Positions 36,697 to 46,902 are shown, counted from the first letter of the stretch. The stretch: DNA of 64,000 nt from Flavobacteriaceae bacterium (GCA_964215955.1 CAXPDR010000029.1:1073-65072), one strand, 5' to 3'. The notes: generated by a model not told the origin, from the letters alone. Program-made: numbers and translations.

Positions 36697-36735
36697 CTTT
36701 AAGCTCATCCCCTCGTAAAGGGGATGGTTAATAAG
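36697..36735 (+). repeat. partial (end-only) copy of the same repeat family
   Basis: ctttaagctcatcccctcgtaaaggggatggttaataag aligns by hand at about 35 of 41 positions with the reverse complement of 50201-50241, the hairpin-bearing end of copy B. Confidence 0.55.
36706..36726. terminator. hairpin between convergent genes (36380-36682 + and 36738-40580 -)
   Basis: catcccct-cgtaa-aggggatg, an 8-bp GC-rich stem. It is part of the partial copy of the intergenic repeat family. Confidence 0.45.
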
Positions 36736-36737
36736 TT

Positions 36738-39700
36738 TCATTGTCCCACTGCAGAAGTATTTGAATCATGAGACTGAAATTCCCAATTTAACAAAAACTC
36801 ATTTCGATTATTATCATATAGTGTATCTGAAAAATCAAAAGAACTGACGTTGTCTAAGAAGTCCTGGGGATTAGAAAAATAAGCTGTAGCAAAAGAAGAA
36901 TCATCGGAGCTTGTTCCAATAATAAATGAATCTATTGCTATATTAGTAGAGCTTGTTCCGATAAATAAGCTATTTGAGCCAGAACCCCCAAAATTATTTC
37001 CATTGATAATAACGAGATTATTTTCAAAAATACTACTATCTGGAGCTGAACCTGCAATACCACCGTTTTGGCCGCCTGATCCGGCAGCAAAATTTGTTGT
37101 TTTTGTAAGATCAAAATCGATTATATTCGTTTTGTATATTGCGTCTGATGTTCCTTCGTAACCAATTAAGCCTCCTGCGTAAGATGATGTTTTACTTGTT
37201 ATAAGATCATCGATTTTTACTTTTGAATTTTCTACCCGAAAATAGGAAGAAGTATTTAATCCAACTAGGCCGCCAATATATCTAGCATCTCCAAGTATTT
37301 TTCCAGAAAACAAGCTATTTTTAATAAAGGTTATAGAACTGTTTATACCAATTAAACCTCCAGCATTAGTTGCAGCTCCTGAAGTAGTGTTTATTTCACC
37401 ATTAGTGATTCTTGCACTTATAAAGCTACTATGTGAAATTCCTGCAATAGATCCTAAATAGTCTAAGTCATGTGTGGTATTATTTAAAAGAAGTCCGTCA
37501 ACTAATAATGGAAGATCAGGGGTACCTGCTAAACTTATAAAACTTGAACTCGAGTTACCAAGGGTCGTGATAATCCCAATAGATTTTGAGTCACAGCTAT
37601 TGGCAGTCCAGATCGCATCATCTAAATTAATCGTTATATTTTTAAGTGTAAAAGGTAATCCTTCAGGATTAAAATTAGAGAGTAGGGTTCCTGTAAAGCT
37701 TGAACTTAGATTACAGCTAAGAAGTCCACTTAATGGGTCAACAAAGGCTCCAATTGGAACAAATTTTGTTGGGTCATTTTGAAAATCTATATTATCTGCA
37801 AGAGCAAACCCCTTATTCAGAAGAAATGCATCACTGTTAATTCTATTCCATTCATTTTCATTATGGATTTTAAAAGGCTCAAATAGATTTCCTAGTCTAA
37901 ATCTATTACCTCCAAATTCTGGATCATTAAACAAACCATAATCAATCCAATGTTCAAGAAAGAGCGGAACTGGGTCTGTTAAAATTGTTGAAGTTGCAAC
38001 CCAGTTAGGAAGACCAGTTTGATAACTCAGATCAGTTATATCGTCAACTAAGATGGAGCTTTTGCCTGAAACTCCACTTATAGTAGAGTAGTTACTTGAG
38101 GAGGTTTTAATTTCTGGAGCAATTGCACCACTACTTCCACCTAGAGAATAGTATCCGGCTGTGTTGACTACATTTGTTTCGATTAATGAACCAAGAATAC
38201 TTACAAATTGAACAGGTCTTGCTGGAAAAGTTTGAAGAGCATTTATATTTTCACCAATTACAAAGCCGCATTGTTTTGTCGAGCTAGCACTGTCACAGTT
38301 ATCAGCTATGACTTCAATATTGGCAATAACTTTAGAGTGCTCAACTCTTCCTGAAGTTCCGTTATAACCAGTAATTCCCCCAACGGCGAAATCGCCACCT
38401 TCACTAGTTGCATCTAAATTAAGATTTTCAATATTTGCAAAGCATTCAGAAATTAAACCTAGGTTTTTACCTGTGATTCCGCCAAGGTTATCTCCTCCTG
38501 TTAATTCTTTAAAATTAGCAATGGAAAACCTAATTACGTTTGAAGTATTTTGATTATATCCCACGAGGCCACCTCGATTGTCATTAACTAAATCAATGGG
38601 CGATACTATTTTGATTATCCCCATTGCAATTGAGTGTGTGATATTAACACCACCGAGAAATGAGTGTGTTGCTCCATCATTCATAACCCCAATGAGTCCA
38701 CCCACATTACTTCCATTAAAGTCAAAATAGACAATTGTTCCTACATTATTAATCAGATTTGCTGATGTTTCAGTTCTTCCTACTGCGCCACCTACATTAG
38801 AAAAGGTATCATCGAAGTCGATTATTGAAAAATTTGATAAACTATGATGAATCTCAGATCCTTGAGCAGTTCCAATCAGCCCTCCAATTCCATCGCATAT
38901 ATCAGTTGCTGGGGAGGTCACAGCCGGTCCTTTTGCTTTTGAACAGCTTATTGTACTAATTGACCCATTATCATCTTCTGAAAAGATTGACCTCTCAATC
39001 ACTGAGGAAATTGCTGAACCTATGATCCCTCCTAGTTGATCTGTTCCATTTAAGTCAACTTTAGTTAAGCTGGCTCCACTTATATTTGTATTATCAGCGT
39101 ATCCGATCAAACCTCCAGTTTCTGATTGATCGGAAATAATCGTGAGATTGTGAATATCAATATCATTTAATTCTACTTCTCCTGATGGATTCGTGACTTT
39201 TCCAATTAGGCCACCGGTTGGAGATGTTGAATCCCCATTAAATGAAATAATGTTTGCGCCTTGTGAATATACTTCAATATCAGATAGATTAACTATTGCT
39301 CCTGTACTTGTTGAAATTTTTCCAATGAGACCGCCTGTCGCATTTGCCCCTGTTGAATTGACACCAATAGCTAGGCTATCGATACTTATGTTATGAAAAC
39401 GTGTATTCGTTGATGTTCCTGCTGTCACTTCATTAATTAGTGCTCCTGTATAAGGACCAGTAGTAGAAATGTTCACACCTTGAATTGTGAAATTACCAAT
39501 AAATTTTTCACCAGAAAGATTGGAGAAGTTATTAATTAAAGGCTTATCTAATCCAATAATCTTTTTATTATTACCATTAAAGTTTCCTGTGAAAGATGAA
39601 ATAGTATTAAAACCGGTGGCAGTAATATTTTTTCCGAGGATGTAGTTATTTGTTCCTGTCATCATTTCAAGTTCAGCTTTATTACAAATGACATAAGGAA

Positions 39701-40580
39701 TTGTGCCTCCGTCTCCAATCTCGAAACCGACATTATTGACAGCATATGTTGGACAAAGAGGTTGTCTTATATAAAATGTATTGGTGTTAGTTGCTATATT
39801 TGCTTTAACAAAAGAACCATAGACCGTTTGAGAACCTTCATAGAATCCACTTTTGAAATCGATCTTATCCCCAGTTCCAGCACATCCTTCTTGAGAATAT
39901 GCGATAATTGACTGAGGAATTCCTTTAAATATAAGTGGTCTAACCTGAGGATTTCTTAATACATGGTGATCGTTATTACCATCTGTAATACATGTAGATT
40001 CGAATGGATTTGATCTATTTTCAAACATCCGTTCTTCATTCGAAAAATTGACATCATAAGAAACAATTTTATAACTTTTATAAACTCCAGGTGCTTCTGA
40101 GCAATCATCACCTAAAAAAATCTCATTGTCGCCTTTGGTGCAAGAGATAAACTCTGCTGGTCTTGGACTTCCACTCGCTTCGTTATATTCACCTTCATCA
40201 CTTTTGAAAGGTTCTTCTCCACAACCATCTGTACTGGGAGTTAAATTTATATCTACAGGTGAGCCATCCAATTTTATTTCACCCTCCGTAATAAAGCATT
40301 TAGGTACTCCTGCCATCGCACTAGTGCCAGCATCCCACCCAACAGCGCCAAATTCCCATTTACCGTTATCTAAATCGACTTCATAGGTAGTGGTATTTAA
40401 TAATCTTTTAGTAAAGACAACTTTAGTATCTGGATTATGACCAAGAATATAAAGTCCACCAGGAAACTCATTGGGACCAAAAGATGCACCGAAACTAATT
40501 TTGGCCGAAGTTGTCTCTGGCTTAGGTGAGCAACTAATTAAAATTAAAAATCCAAAGATAAATATTGTTAAGTTTTTCAT
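36738..40580 (-). CDS. giant GLUG-repeat surface lipoprotein (paralog 2)
   Basis: Lipobox LILISCSP when started at ATG 40580. At least 14 GGhhG repeats (ATGGLIGKI, ETGGLIGYA, NVGGLIGVM, YIGGLVGLN ...). The N-terminal domain (KISFGASFGPNEFPGGLYILGHN) and the mid-protein module (FEPFKIHNENEWNRINSDAFL) align with paralog 1. Confidence 0.75.
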   Translation of the reverse strand: MKNLTIFIFGFLILISCSPKPETTSAKISFGASFGPNEFPGGLYILGHNPDTKVVFTKRLLNTTTYEVDLDNGKWEFGAVGWDAGTSAMAGVPKCFITEGEIKLDGSPVDINLTPSTDGCGEEPFKSDEGEYNEASGSPRPAEFISCTKGDNEIFLGDDCSEAPGVYKSYKIVSYDVNFSNEERMFENRSNPFESTCITDGNNDHHVLRNPQVRPLIFKGIPQSIIAYSQEGCAGTGDKIDFKSGFYEGSQTVYGSFVKANIATNTNTFYIRQPLCPTYAVNNVGFEIGDGGTIPYVICNKAELEMMTGTNNYILGKNITATGFNTISSFTGNFNGNNKKIIGLDKPLINNFSNLSGEKFIGNFTIQGVNISTTGPYTGALINEVTAGTSTNTRFHNISIDSLAIGVNSTGANATGGLIGKISTSTGAIVNLSDIEVYSQGANIISFNGDSTSPTGGLIGKVTNPSGEVELNDIDIHNLTIISDQSETGGLIGYADNTNISGASLTKVDLNGTDQLGGIIGSAISSVIERSIFSEDDNGSISTISCSKAKGPAVTSPATDICDGIGGLIGTAQGSEIHHSLSNFSIIDFDDTFSNVGGAVGRTETSANLINNVGTIVYFDFNGSNVGGLIGVMNDGATHSFLGGVNITHSIAMGIIKIVSPIDLVNDNRGGLVGYNQNTSNVIRFSIANFKELTGGDNLGGITGKNLGLISECFANIENLNLDATSEGGDFAVGGITGYNGTSGRVEHSKVIANIEVIADNCDSASSTKQCGFVIGENINALQTFPARPVQFVSILGSLIETNVVNTAGYYSLGGSSGAIAPEIKTSSSNYSTISGVSGKSSILVDDITDLSYQTGLPNWVATSTILTDPVPLFLEHWIDYGLFNDPEFGGNRFRLGNLFEPFKIHNENEWNRINSDAFLLNKGFALADNIDFQNDPTKFVPIGAFVDPLSGLLSCNLSSSFTGTLLSNFNPEGLPFTLKNITINLDDAIWTANSCDSKSIGIITTLGNSSSSFISLAGTPDLPLLVDGLLLNNTTHDLDYLGSIAGISHSSFISARITNGEINTTSGAATNAGGLIGINSSITFIKNSLFSGKILGDARYIGGLVGLNTSSYFRVENSKVKIDDLITSKTSSYAGGLIGYEGTSDAIYKTNIIDFDLTKTTNFAAGSGGQNGGIAGSAPDSSIFENNLVIINGNNFGGSGSNSLFIGTSSTNIAIDSFIIGTSSDDSSFATAYFSNPQDFLDNVSSFDFSDTLYDNNRNEFLLNWEFQSHDSNTSAVGQ

Positions 40581-40763
40581 AATATTCCTATCGGTCAAAA
40601 ACGACTTTTTCTAAATTATAAAGGCTTTGTTTATTGTTATGAGATTTCATGAGTTTAGGGAGTCCGAGAGGATATATTTTAGAAATCCTGACCAAAAGAT
40701 TTGGCATATTTTAATATTTCTAGATATCTAAACATGACAACTCATTTGGACGATAAAGGCTCC

Positions 40764-41546
40764 ATGAAAAATATAAAAACAGTTTTAATTGTCGTTAGTG
40801 ACAAAGAAAGGCTTGGTATTGTTGAAGAGCTTCTTATGGAGCAAAAGTATAAAGTCGTGACTGCAAATAATTCTAATGAAGCTCGCCTTAAATTCTCTAA
40901 TGAGGAATTTCATATGGTCATTGTAGATATGACAGTACCTGGTTTTAGTGCAAAAAATTTTATTGAAAGCATTCGAAGAAAAGAAGACTTAAAAAGTGTG
41001 AAAAATATTTTACCAGTTTTAGTGCTTGGTGATAAACCAGATGAATTTCATGAACAATTTTCTATGGTTGATAATGTTAAATATATGGAGTTTCCATTTT
41101 CAAAACTTCAGCTAAAGAAAAAACTTTTAACTTTTATCGGACACTCAGAAGTTATTTCTAATAATACCAAGATTGTTGAAAAAGATGAATACCTCATTAC
41201 TGAAGGTGGTGTTTCTCACGAAATGTATTGGATACTATCCGGAAAATTTATCATAACGAAGATGAATCATGATAATCAAAATGTTATTATTGGTGAAGTG
41301 TTTCCAGGTGAGTTAGTAGGTGAGATGAGCTTTCTTGATAGCCTTCCTAGGTCAGCTAGTGTTAGGGCCGTTGAGCAAGGAGAAGTATTGGTTATCCCTC
41401 ACAAAAAGTTTATTGATGTTTTGGAAAATCAACCTAGATGGTTTCGTTCTTTAATGCAGACTATGTCTCATCGTTTAAGGGATGCAGATAAAAAAATTGC
41501 GAGAAAAATTATTGGTGAAGATAAAAGAAAGAAAAAAGAGGAGTAA
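40764..41546 (+). CDS. atypical receiver (REC-like) domain fused to a cyclic-nucleotide-binding domain
   Basis: REC-like N-terminus (KTVLIVVSD...HMVIVDMTVPG) in which the conserved Thr and Lys positions look substituted. cNMP-binding C-terminus (GELVGEMSFLDSLPRSASVRAVEQGEVL). The start is uncertain: track TTG 40701, ATG 40734 or ATG 40764. Confidence 0.65.
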   Translation: MKNIKTVLIVVSDKERLGIVEELLMEQKYKVVTANNSNEARLKFSNEEFHMVIVDMTVPGFSAKNFIESIRRKEDLKSVKNILPVLVLGDKPDEFHEQFSMVDNVKYMEFPFSKLQLKKKLLTFIGHSEVISNNTKIVEKDEYLITEGGVSHEMYWILSGKFIITKMNHDNQNVIIGEVFPGELVGEMSFLDSLPRSASVRAVEQGEVLVIPHKKFIDVLENQPRWFRSLMQTMSHRLRDADKKIARKIIGEDKRKKKEE

Positions 41547-41549
41547 TAT

Positions 41550-42152
41550 ATGAATATGATTTTAGTAGGTGTTGTTGTGGCCATTCTAGGTGGAGGAGTA
41601 CTAATCGCTCTTTTTTGCATTTCTATCTATAATAATATTGTAAAGCTTAAGAATGAATACAAAAACGGCTTTTCTCAGATAGATGTCCAATTACAAAGAC
41701 GATATGACTTAATTCCAAACTTAGTTAATTCTGCTAAGGCTTTCATGGAGCATGAAAAAGAAACCTTGACGGGAGTTATTGAAGCAAGAAATCAAGCTTT
41801 AAATAGTGAAAAAGCTTTAAAGAAAAATCCTGAAAACTCTAAAGCTGTAAAAGACTTTAATATGGCCGAAGCTAATTTGAATAAAAGTATTTCTGGAATG
41901 TTTGCATTATTTGAAAATTATCCAGATTTAAAATCAGATTCAACTATGACAAATTTAATGGAAGAGTTAAGCTCAACCGAAAATAAAATTTCATTTGCTC
42001 GTCAAGCTTATAATGATGCAGTAATGCATTATAATGTTGGGATTCAGCAATTTCCAAACAATATTTTGGCAGGTATTTTTAACTTTGGAAATGTCGATCA
42101 ATTAGAACTAGAAAATCAAGAAGCACGCAAGGCCATAAAAGTAGAATTCTGA
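41550..42152 (+). CDS. lemA: LemA family membrane protein
   Basis: An N-terminal TM helix followed by the LemA pattern QIDVQLQRRYDLIPNLV ... NYPDLKSD ... ENKISFARQAYNDAV. Confidence 0.85.
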   Translation: MNMILVGVVVAILGGGVLIALFCISIYNNIVKLKNEYKNGFSQIDVQLQRRYDLIPNLVNSAKAFMEHEKETLTGVIEARNQALNSEKALKKNPENSKAVKDFNMAEANLNKSISGMFALFENYPDLKSDSTMTNLMEELSSTENKISFARQAYNDAVMHYNVGIQQFPNNILAGIFNFGNVDQLELENQEARKAIKVEF

Positions 42153-42153
42153 A

Positions 42154-43920
42154 ATGAGATTTTTCGAAGATCAAAGAATAGCGAAAAAAAATACGAGAAG
42201 GCTATACTTGAGCTTTATCATGCTTGTAAGCTTTGTTAGTCTTGGGATTGGTTTTATCACCACATGGTATATTCCCTTAGATAAGGTGATTGAAAACAAA
42301 AAACTGAAACATCCTCCTAGAGCTGAAGTTAAGACTCAAAAACAAAGAAAAAAGTATAAAGAATACTATTCACGTAAGGAGATAATTGAACAAAGGATCT
42401 ATAATCCGAGCTTTTACCTTGTTAGTTGTGGTATTTCTGCGTTGATTTTTTTGATCATTAATATCTTAAGCTATTTTAAAATTAAAGAACTTAGAGTTTC
42501 ACCAACCGGAATTTGTTATTATTTGGGAGCCAAACTAAATAGAAAACCAAGTAACTTTAAAGAAAAACAACTGTTAAATATTGTAGAAGAAATGAGTATC
42601 GCTAGTCGTGTCCCACTTCCGAAAGTTTTTATTTTAGATGTTGAAGGTATAAATGCATTTGCTTGTGGGTATGATATTAACAGCTCTGCAATATGTGTGA
42701 CTAGAGGGTGCTTGGAAAAGTTAAGTAGAGATGAGTTACAAGCAATTATTGGTCATGAGTTTAGTCATATCCTGAATGGTGATATGACGATCAACTTAAA
42801 GCTTATTGGGATGATTCATGGATTGGTTGCGCTTTATTATTTTGGAATTAGAATTCTTGGAGCCAATGGTAGAAGGAGACGTAGAGAGAAAGGAAGTGGG
42901 GTGGGCTTAGTTTTTATAATCTTTGGCGGTGTTGGATGGTTTGCTGGTTCATGGCTTAAATCAAGAATTAGTGTTCAAAGGGAATTCTTGGCCGATGCTT
43001 CATCTGTACAATTCACAAGGAATTCTTCAGCTCTTATTAAAGTCTTTGAAAAAATCCATTTTTTTGAAGGAGTTCAAAAAATAGAACATAGTAGAAGAGA
43101 TGAAATTGAGCATATGTTTTTTACTAATACGATAAAAAACTTTTTTCAATTTAGAACTCATCCAGAAATTATCGATAGGATTAAACGAATTGATAAAAAC
43201 TATTTACCTTCTAACTTGAAAAAACTAAATTTTCCTCCTGTATTGGATGAAGAGCCTAAAGAATCAGCAACTGAAAATAACAAAAATATTTCCATGTCTG
43301 ATTTATTTCCAGCTGTTCTATATTTAAATGCAACTTTTGAAAGCCAAAATGAAAATACTTTTTGTGATGTCATCGAAGAAATTATTCATAGAAAAGGTAA
43401 ATTCGACTCGATTGGCTCGGATGAGCTTTTAGCTGTGCTTCAAATACTTTTTGGTGAATTAAATATGTTATCAGATGGTGAAAAGGAAGTTTGTTATAAA
43501 AAACTAAAAGAAGAAATCGCTAAAGATAAGAAGTTTGATTACCATGAATTTATAATTTATAGCTACCTTAAACCTGCTTTAAAAAATAAAGAAGTGAAAT
43601 TTAAGGAGATTCCAGCAAGTAAAACGAGAGAAGAGATTTGTTTAATAGCAGCCTTTGCTCTAAAGGTAGCTAAGCTTAAAGATCTACCAACTGATCTTGA
43701 ATTAGAACTTATTGATAATCACCAGCACAATAAGAAATTGTCTTATTCAGGTTTGGGAAAAGCATTTGAGAAACTAAGGTTTCTGCGAGTTCGGGATAAA
43801 GAAAAATTGGTTCATGATCTTGAAAAGATCTTTTTCTATGATGGGCAAATGAGTTCAAAGGAACATATGCTCTACTTTGTATTGCTACAAATTCTAGGGG
43901 TTCCTGGTGTTAGAGAGTAG
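42154..43920 (+). CDS. M48-family (HtpX-like) zinc metallopeptidase with long C-terminal extension
   Basis: HEXXH motif at IIGHEFSHILNGD with TM segments on either side and a downstream REFLADASS motif. It starts 1 nt after the lemA stop. Confidence 0.75.
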   Translation: MRFFEDQRIAKKNTRRLYLSFIMLVSFVSLGIGFITTWYIPLDKVIENKKLKHPPRAEVKTQKQRKKYKEYYSRKEIIEQRIYNPSFYLVSCGISALIFLIINILSYFKIKELRVSPTGICYYLGAKLNRKPSNFKEKQLLNIVEEMSIASRVPLPKVFILDVEGINAFACGYDINSSAICVTRGCLEKLSRDELQAIIGHEFSHILNGDMTINLKLIGMIHGLVALYYFGIRILGANGRRRRREKGSGVGLVFIIFGGVGWFAGSWLKSRISVQREFLADASSVQFTRNSSALIKVFEKIHFFEGVQKIEHSRRDEIEHMFFTNTIKNFFQFRTHPEIIDRIKRIDKNYLPSNLKKLNFPPVLDEEPKESATENNKNISMSDLFPAVLYLNATFESQNENTFCDVIEEIIHRKGKFDSIGSDELLAVLQILFGELNMLSDGEKEVCYKKLKEEIAKDKKFDYHEFIIYSYLKPALKNKEVKFKEIPASKTREEICLIAAFALKVAKLKDLPTDLELELIDNHQHNKKLSYSGLGKAFEKLRFLRVRDKEKLVHDLEKIFFYDGQMSSKEHMLYFVLLQILGVPGVRE

Positions 43921-43962
43921 CTCTTTATACTCATCCTGCACAAAGGACTCTGAAAATAATAA

Positions 43963-45204
43963 TTAAGCTTCAATAATAGCTTCCAACATTTTAAAAAGGG
44001 CCGCTTGAGAAAAACGTTGTTTAAGTGAAAGCCTATTGCCTCTAAAATGATAAATTTTGCTTTCGGTTTTATATTTTGTAGAGACACCAATACCCACCGT
44101 TCCAACTGGTTTACCAGGTGTAGCCCCGCCTGGTCCTGCGATGCCTGTGGTGGATACTGCAATATCTACTTCTAGATGCTTTCTTGCACCTTGGGCCATT
44201 TCAAAAGCTGTTTGTTCAGAGACTGCTCCATAATCTTTTAAGGTTTGTTCTGATACATTTAAGGATTTCATTTTTACTTCATTCGAATAACTTACAACAC
44301 TTCCCCAAAATACTGAGGATGAGCCAGAAATATCTGTTATTCTACTCGCAAGTAAACCTCCAGTGCAAGACTCAGAAAACCCTATTGTTAAACCTTTTTC
44401 TTTCGCCTTGAGGACTATAACTTCTTCTAAGAGCTCTGGACCTATATGCCAAATGTAATCTTTTATTGGTGTTGAGTTAATAAGTTTGAGTACTTCCTTC
44501 TCATCAGCTAGAAGCTGCTCCTTGGATTTAGCATTCAATTTAACACCAATATCTACACCACCAGAGTGTGGAAGAGAGCTTACAGTTCCAAATTCTTCTA
44601 GTCTTTTCCAAAGATTGGGTGCAAGTTCATGAAAGATTTTCGATTCAGGAACTTTCCAGGTTTTTACAATCACGTTTTTTATAAATCTATCATTTTGGTC
44701 TTCAAACCAAACGGGGAAAATGGACTGCTCTAACATCTCCTGAAACTCTGCAGGGACACCCGGGAGAGAAAATATCTCATATTCATCTTGATTGATATAA
44801 ATTCCAGGTGCATATCCAACGGGATTAAGGAGTGGGGTGAAGCCTTCAGGCATAAGATGATAATGCATGACAGATTTATCATAATCCCTATTTCCTCTTT
44901 CAAAATGAGTTAGAGTTATTTGAGTTGCAGCTTCACTTTCTGAAAGTTCTTCCTTAAAAAGTTCACAAAGCATGGGTTTCGTTATGTCATCAAGGGTAGG
45001 TCCAAGTCCTCCTGAAATGAAAATAGTATAATCCTTAAGGCTTTGGATCAATTTAGTTAGCTCTTCTTTTTCATCTCCACAAATAATGACCTTACTTAGG
45101 TTATGGCCGAGATCGGTCAGTCTCTTTCCTAAATATTGGGTATTTTTGTCTATGATTTTTCCATCTAAGAGTTCACTTCCTATGGCGATAAGGGCTGTTT
45201 TCAT
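43963..45204 (-). CDS. cinA: CinA family protein (MoCF-binding + nicotinamide-nucleotide amidohydrolase PncC domains)
   Basis: N-terminus MKTALIAIGSELLDGKIIDKNTQYLGKRLTDLG, and a C-terminal PncC domain with ESCTGGLLA and TGIAGPGG motifs. Confidence 0.85.
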   Translation of the reverse strand: MKTALIAIGSELLDGKIIDKNTQYLGKRLTDLGHNLSKVIICGDEKEELTKLIQSLKDYTIFISGGLGPTLDDITKPMLCELFKEELSESEAATQITLTHFERGNRDYDKSVMHYHLMPEGFTPLLNPVGYAPGIYINQDEYEIFSLPGVPAEFQEMLEQSIFPVWFEDQNDRFIKNVIVKTWKVPESKIFHELAPNLWKRLEEFGTVSSLPHSGGVDIGVKLNAKSKEQLLADEKEVLKLINSTPIKDYIWHIGPELLEEVIVLKAKEKGLTIGFSESCTGGLLASRITDISGSSSVFWGSVVSYSNEVKMKSLNVSEQTLKDYGAVSEQTAFEMAQGARKHLEVDIAVSTTGIAGPGGATPGKPVGTVGIGVSTKYKTESKIYHFRGNRLSLKQRFSQAALFKMLEAIIEA

Positions 45205-45294
45205 TCTTGATCCTAAATACTTAAAATATGGTAAAAAATTTATAATATCAGATATTTTATAGGCAACACGCTATTAATGCTATAGTAAAGCTCT

Positions 45295-46842
45295 ATGTCA
45301 GAAAAATTACAATTCAAGTTAGATTTTGATGCTAAGCTAGAGCATTATATGAGTTCTAAATATCCTCAGTTTGTAGATTATAGAATTATTTCTAAAAGTC
45401 TGGATGCGAGAGGAGCCCCAAGAGGAAAAAAACCAGTTTATCTCTACATTATTGAAGGGATTAAAAAGGGTGAGTCTTTCAATAAAGACGAGTTTGATGT
45501 TGAAGATATTAATTATCAAGGTAAGACTCCGGTTATTATAGGAGCTGGGCCTGCAGGACTTTTTGCCGCTCTTAGGTTTGCGGACTACGGAATTAAAACA
45601 ATCGTTGTAGAACGTGGAGACGAGGCGACTAAAAGGATGCTTCATATTTCTCGTTATTGGAGAAATGGGGTTCTCAATACTGAAAGTAATGTTTGCTATG
45701 GAGAAGGTGGTGCAGGGTTATTTTCTGATGGGAAACTTATTACGAGAGTCAAATCGCCTTTTATTAAATATGTCATGAATAAATTTGTGGAATTTGGTGC
45801 GCCTGAGGAAGTAGCCTATATTTCTAACCCGCATCTAGGTTCAAATAAAATTAGAAAAATCATCACTAAAGTTTCTGATTATTTAAGATCTCAAGGTCAT
45901 GAAATTATCTATAATACCAAGATGGATGAAGTTCTCTTTGAGGGTGACAAAGTCGTTGGGGTAAAGCTTAGCGATGGAAAAGTTTTAGACACTGACCATG
46001 TCATTTTTGCCACAGGACACTCAGCAGGTGAACTATATGAGCAACTCATGCAAAAACATGTGGCCATGGCACCTAAAGACTTTGCGGTTGGAGTTAGGAT
46101 TGAGCACCCAAGAGCAGCAATTGATCAACTTCAACATGGGACTTATTGGGAAAGTGAATTCTTAGGAGCTGCCAGGTATAGACTTTCTCATCATGATAAG
46201 AAGTCTGATAAAGGTACTTATAGTTTCTGTATGTGTCCTGGTGGATATGTTCTTTCTAGCGGTACTGAGGCGGATGGAATTGTTGTGAATGGAATGAGTA
46301 ATTATGCTAGAAATTCTAGATGGTCCAATTCGGCCATTGTTGTTTCGGTGAATGCAGGTAGAGACTTTGATAAGAAAGATATTCTCTCAGGGGTAGAGTT
46401 TCAACACAGCATTGAAAGAAAAGCCTATAAGACTTCAGTGGAGGAAGCCGATGGAAAAATGCTTCCTGCGATGAGTGTAAAAGAGTTTTTAGAAAACAAA
46501 TTAAATAAAAATGAGCTTCCCAAAACGAGCTCCCCAAGTGGTATTTTTAAAACTAATATTCGAAAAATCTTTCCTGAGTTTATTAATACCCATCTGGAAG
46601 AGGGGCTTAGGCAGTTTGATAAAAAAATGCCGGGGTTTTCAAGTGACCCCAAAGCCATTCTCATAGCTCCTGAGACGAGAACTTCTGCTCCCATTACAAT
46701 TTTAAGAGATAAAAAGAATTTAGAGTCTACTTCTCATAAAGGATTTTATCCTTGTGGTGAAGGGGCAGGCTATGCTGGAGGAATAACTTCAGCTGCAGTT
46801 GATGGAATAAAAGTTGCTGAGGCGATAATTCAGTCTTTTTAG
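45295..46842 (+). CDS. FAD-dependent oxidoreductase (COG2509-type NAD(FAD)-utilising dehydrogenase)
   Basis: Dinucleotide fold VIIGAGPAGLFAAL..VVERG. Motifs FSDGKL, ATGHSA and a C-terminal PCGEGAGYAGGI are typical of this family. Confidence 0.7.
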   Translation: MSEKLQFKLDFDAKLEHYMSSKYPQFVDYRIISKSLDARGAPRGKKPVYLYIIEGIKKGESFNKDEFDVEDINYQGKTPVIIGAGPAGLFAALRFADYGIKTIVVERGDEATKRMLHISRYWRNGVLNTESNVCYGEGGAGLFSDGKLITRVKSPFIKYVMNKFVEFGAPEEVAYISNPHLGSNKIRKIITKVSDYLRSQGHEIIYNTKMDEVLFEGDKVVGVKLSDGKVLDTDHVIFATGHSAGELYEQLMQKHVAMAPKDFAVGVRIEHPRAAIDQLQHGTYWESEFLGAARYRLSHHDKKSDKGTYSFCMCPGGYVLSSGTEADGIVVNGMSNYARNSRWSNSAIVVSVNAGRDFDKKDILSGVEFQHSIERKAYKTSVEEADGKMLPAMSVKEFLENKLNKNELPKTSSPSGIFKTNIRKIFPEFINTHLEEGLRQFDKKMPGFSSDPKAILIAPETRTSAPITILRDKKNLESTSHKGFYPCGEGAGYAGGITSAAVDGIKVAEAIIQSF

Positions 46843-46902
46843 CTTCTCCTATAAAGCAAACTATGTCATAATTGGGCCAAATTCGTACTATTTGGAGCTA
46901 AA

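Noticed and set aside
40581-40614. CCGATAG immediately upstream of GLUG paralog 2 (minus strand: ACCGATAGgaatattATG), and likewise TCCGATAGgttactGTG upstream of the 58723 gene (58724-58737). I considered both as further sigma-28 -10 boxes.
   Set aside because: There is no TAAA at N15/16 (TTAG and TTAA instead). The last position is G, not A. The box lies only 6-7 nt from the start codon, so a transcript would be leaderless. The TAGG(A/T) part is more simply explained as the Shine-Dalgarno.
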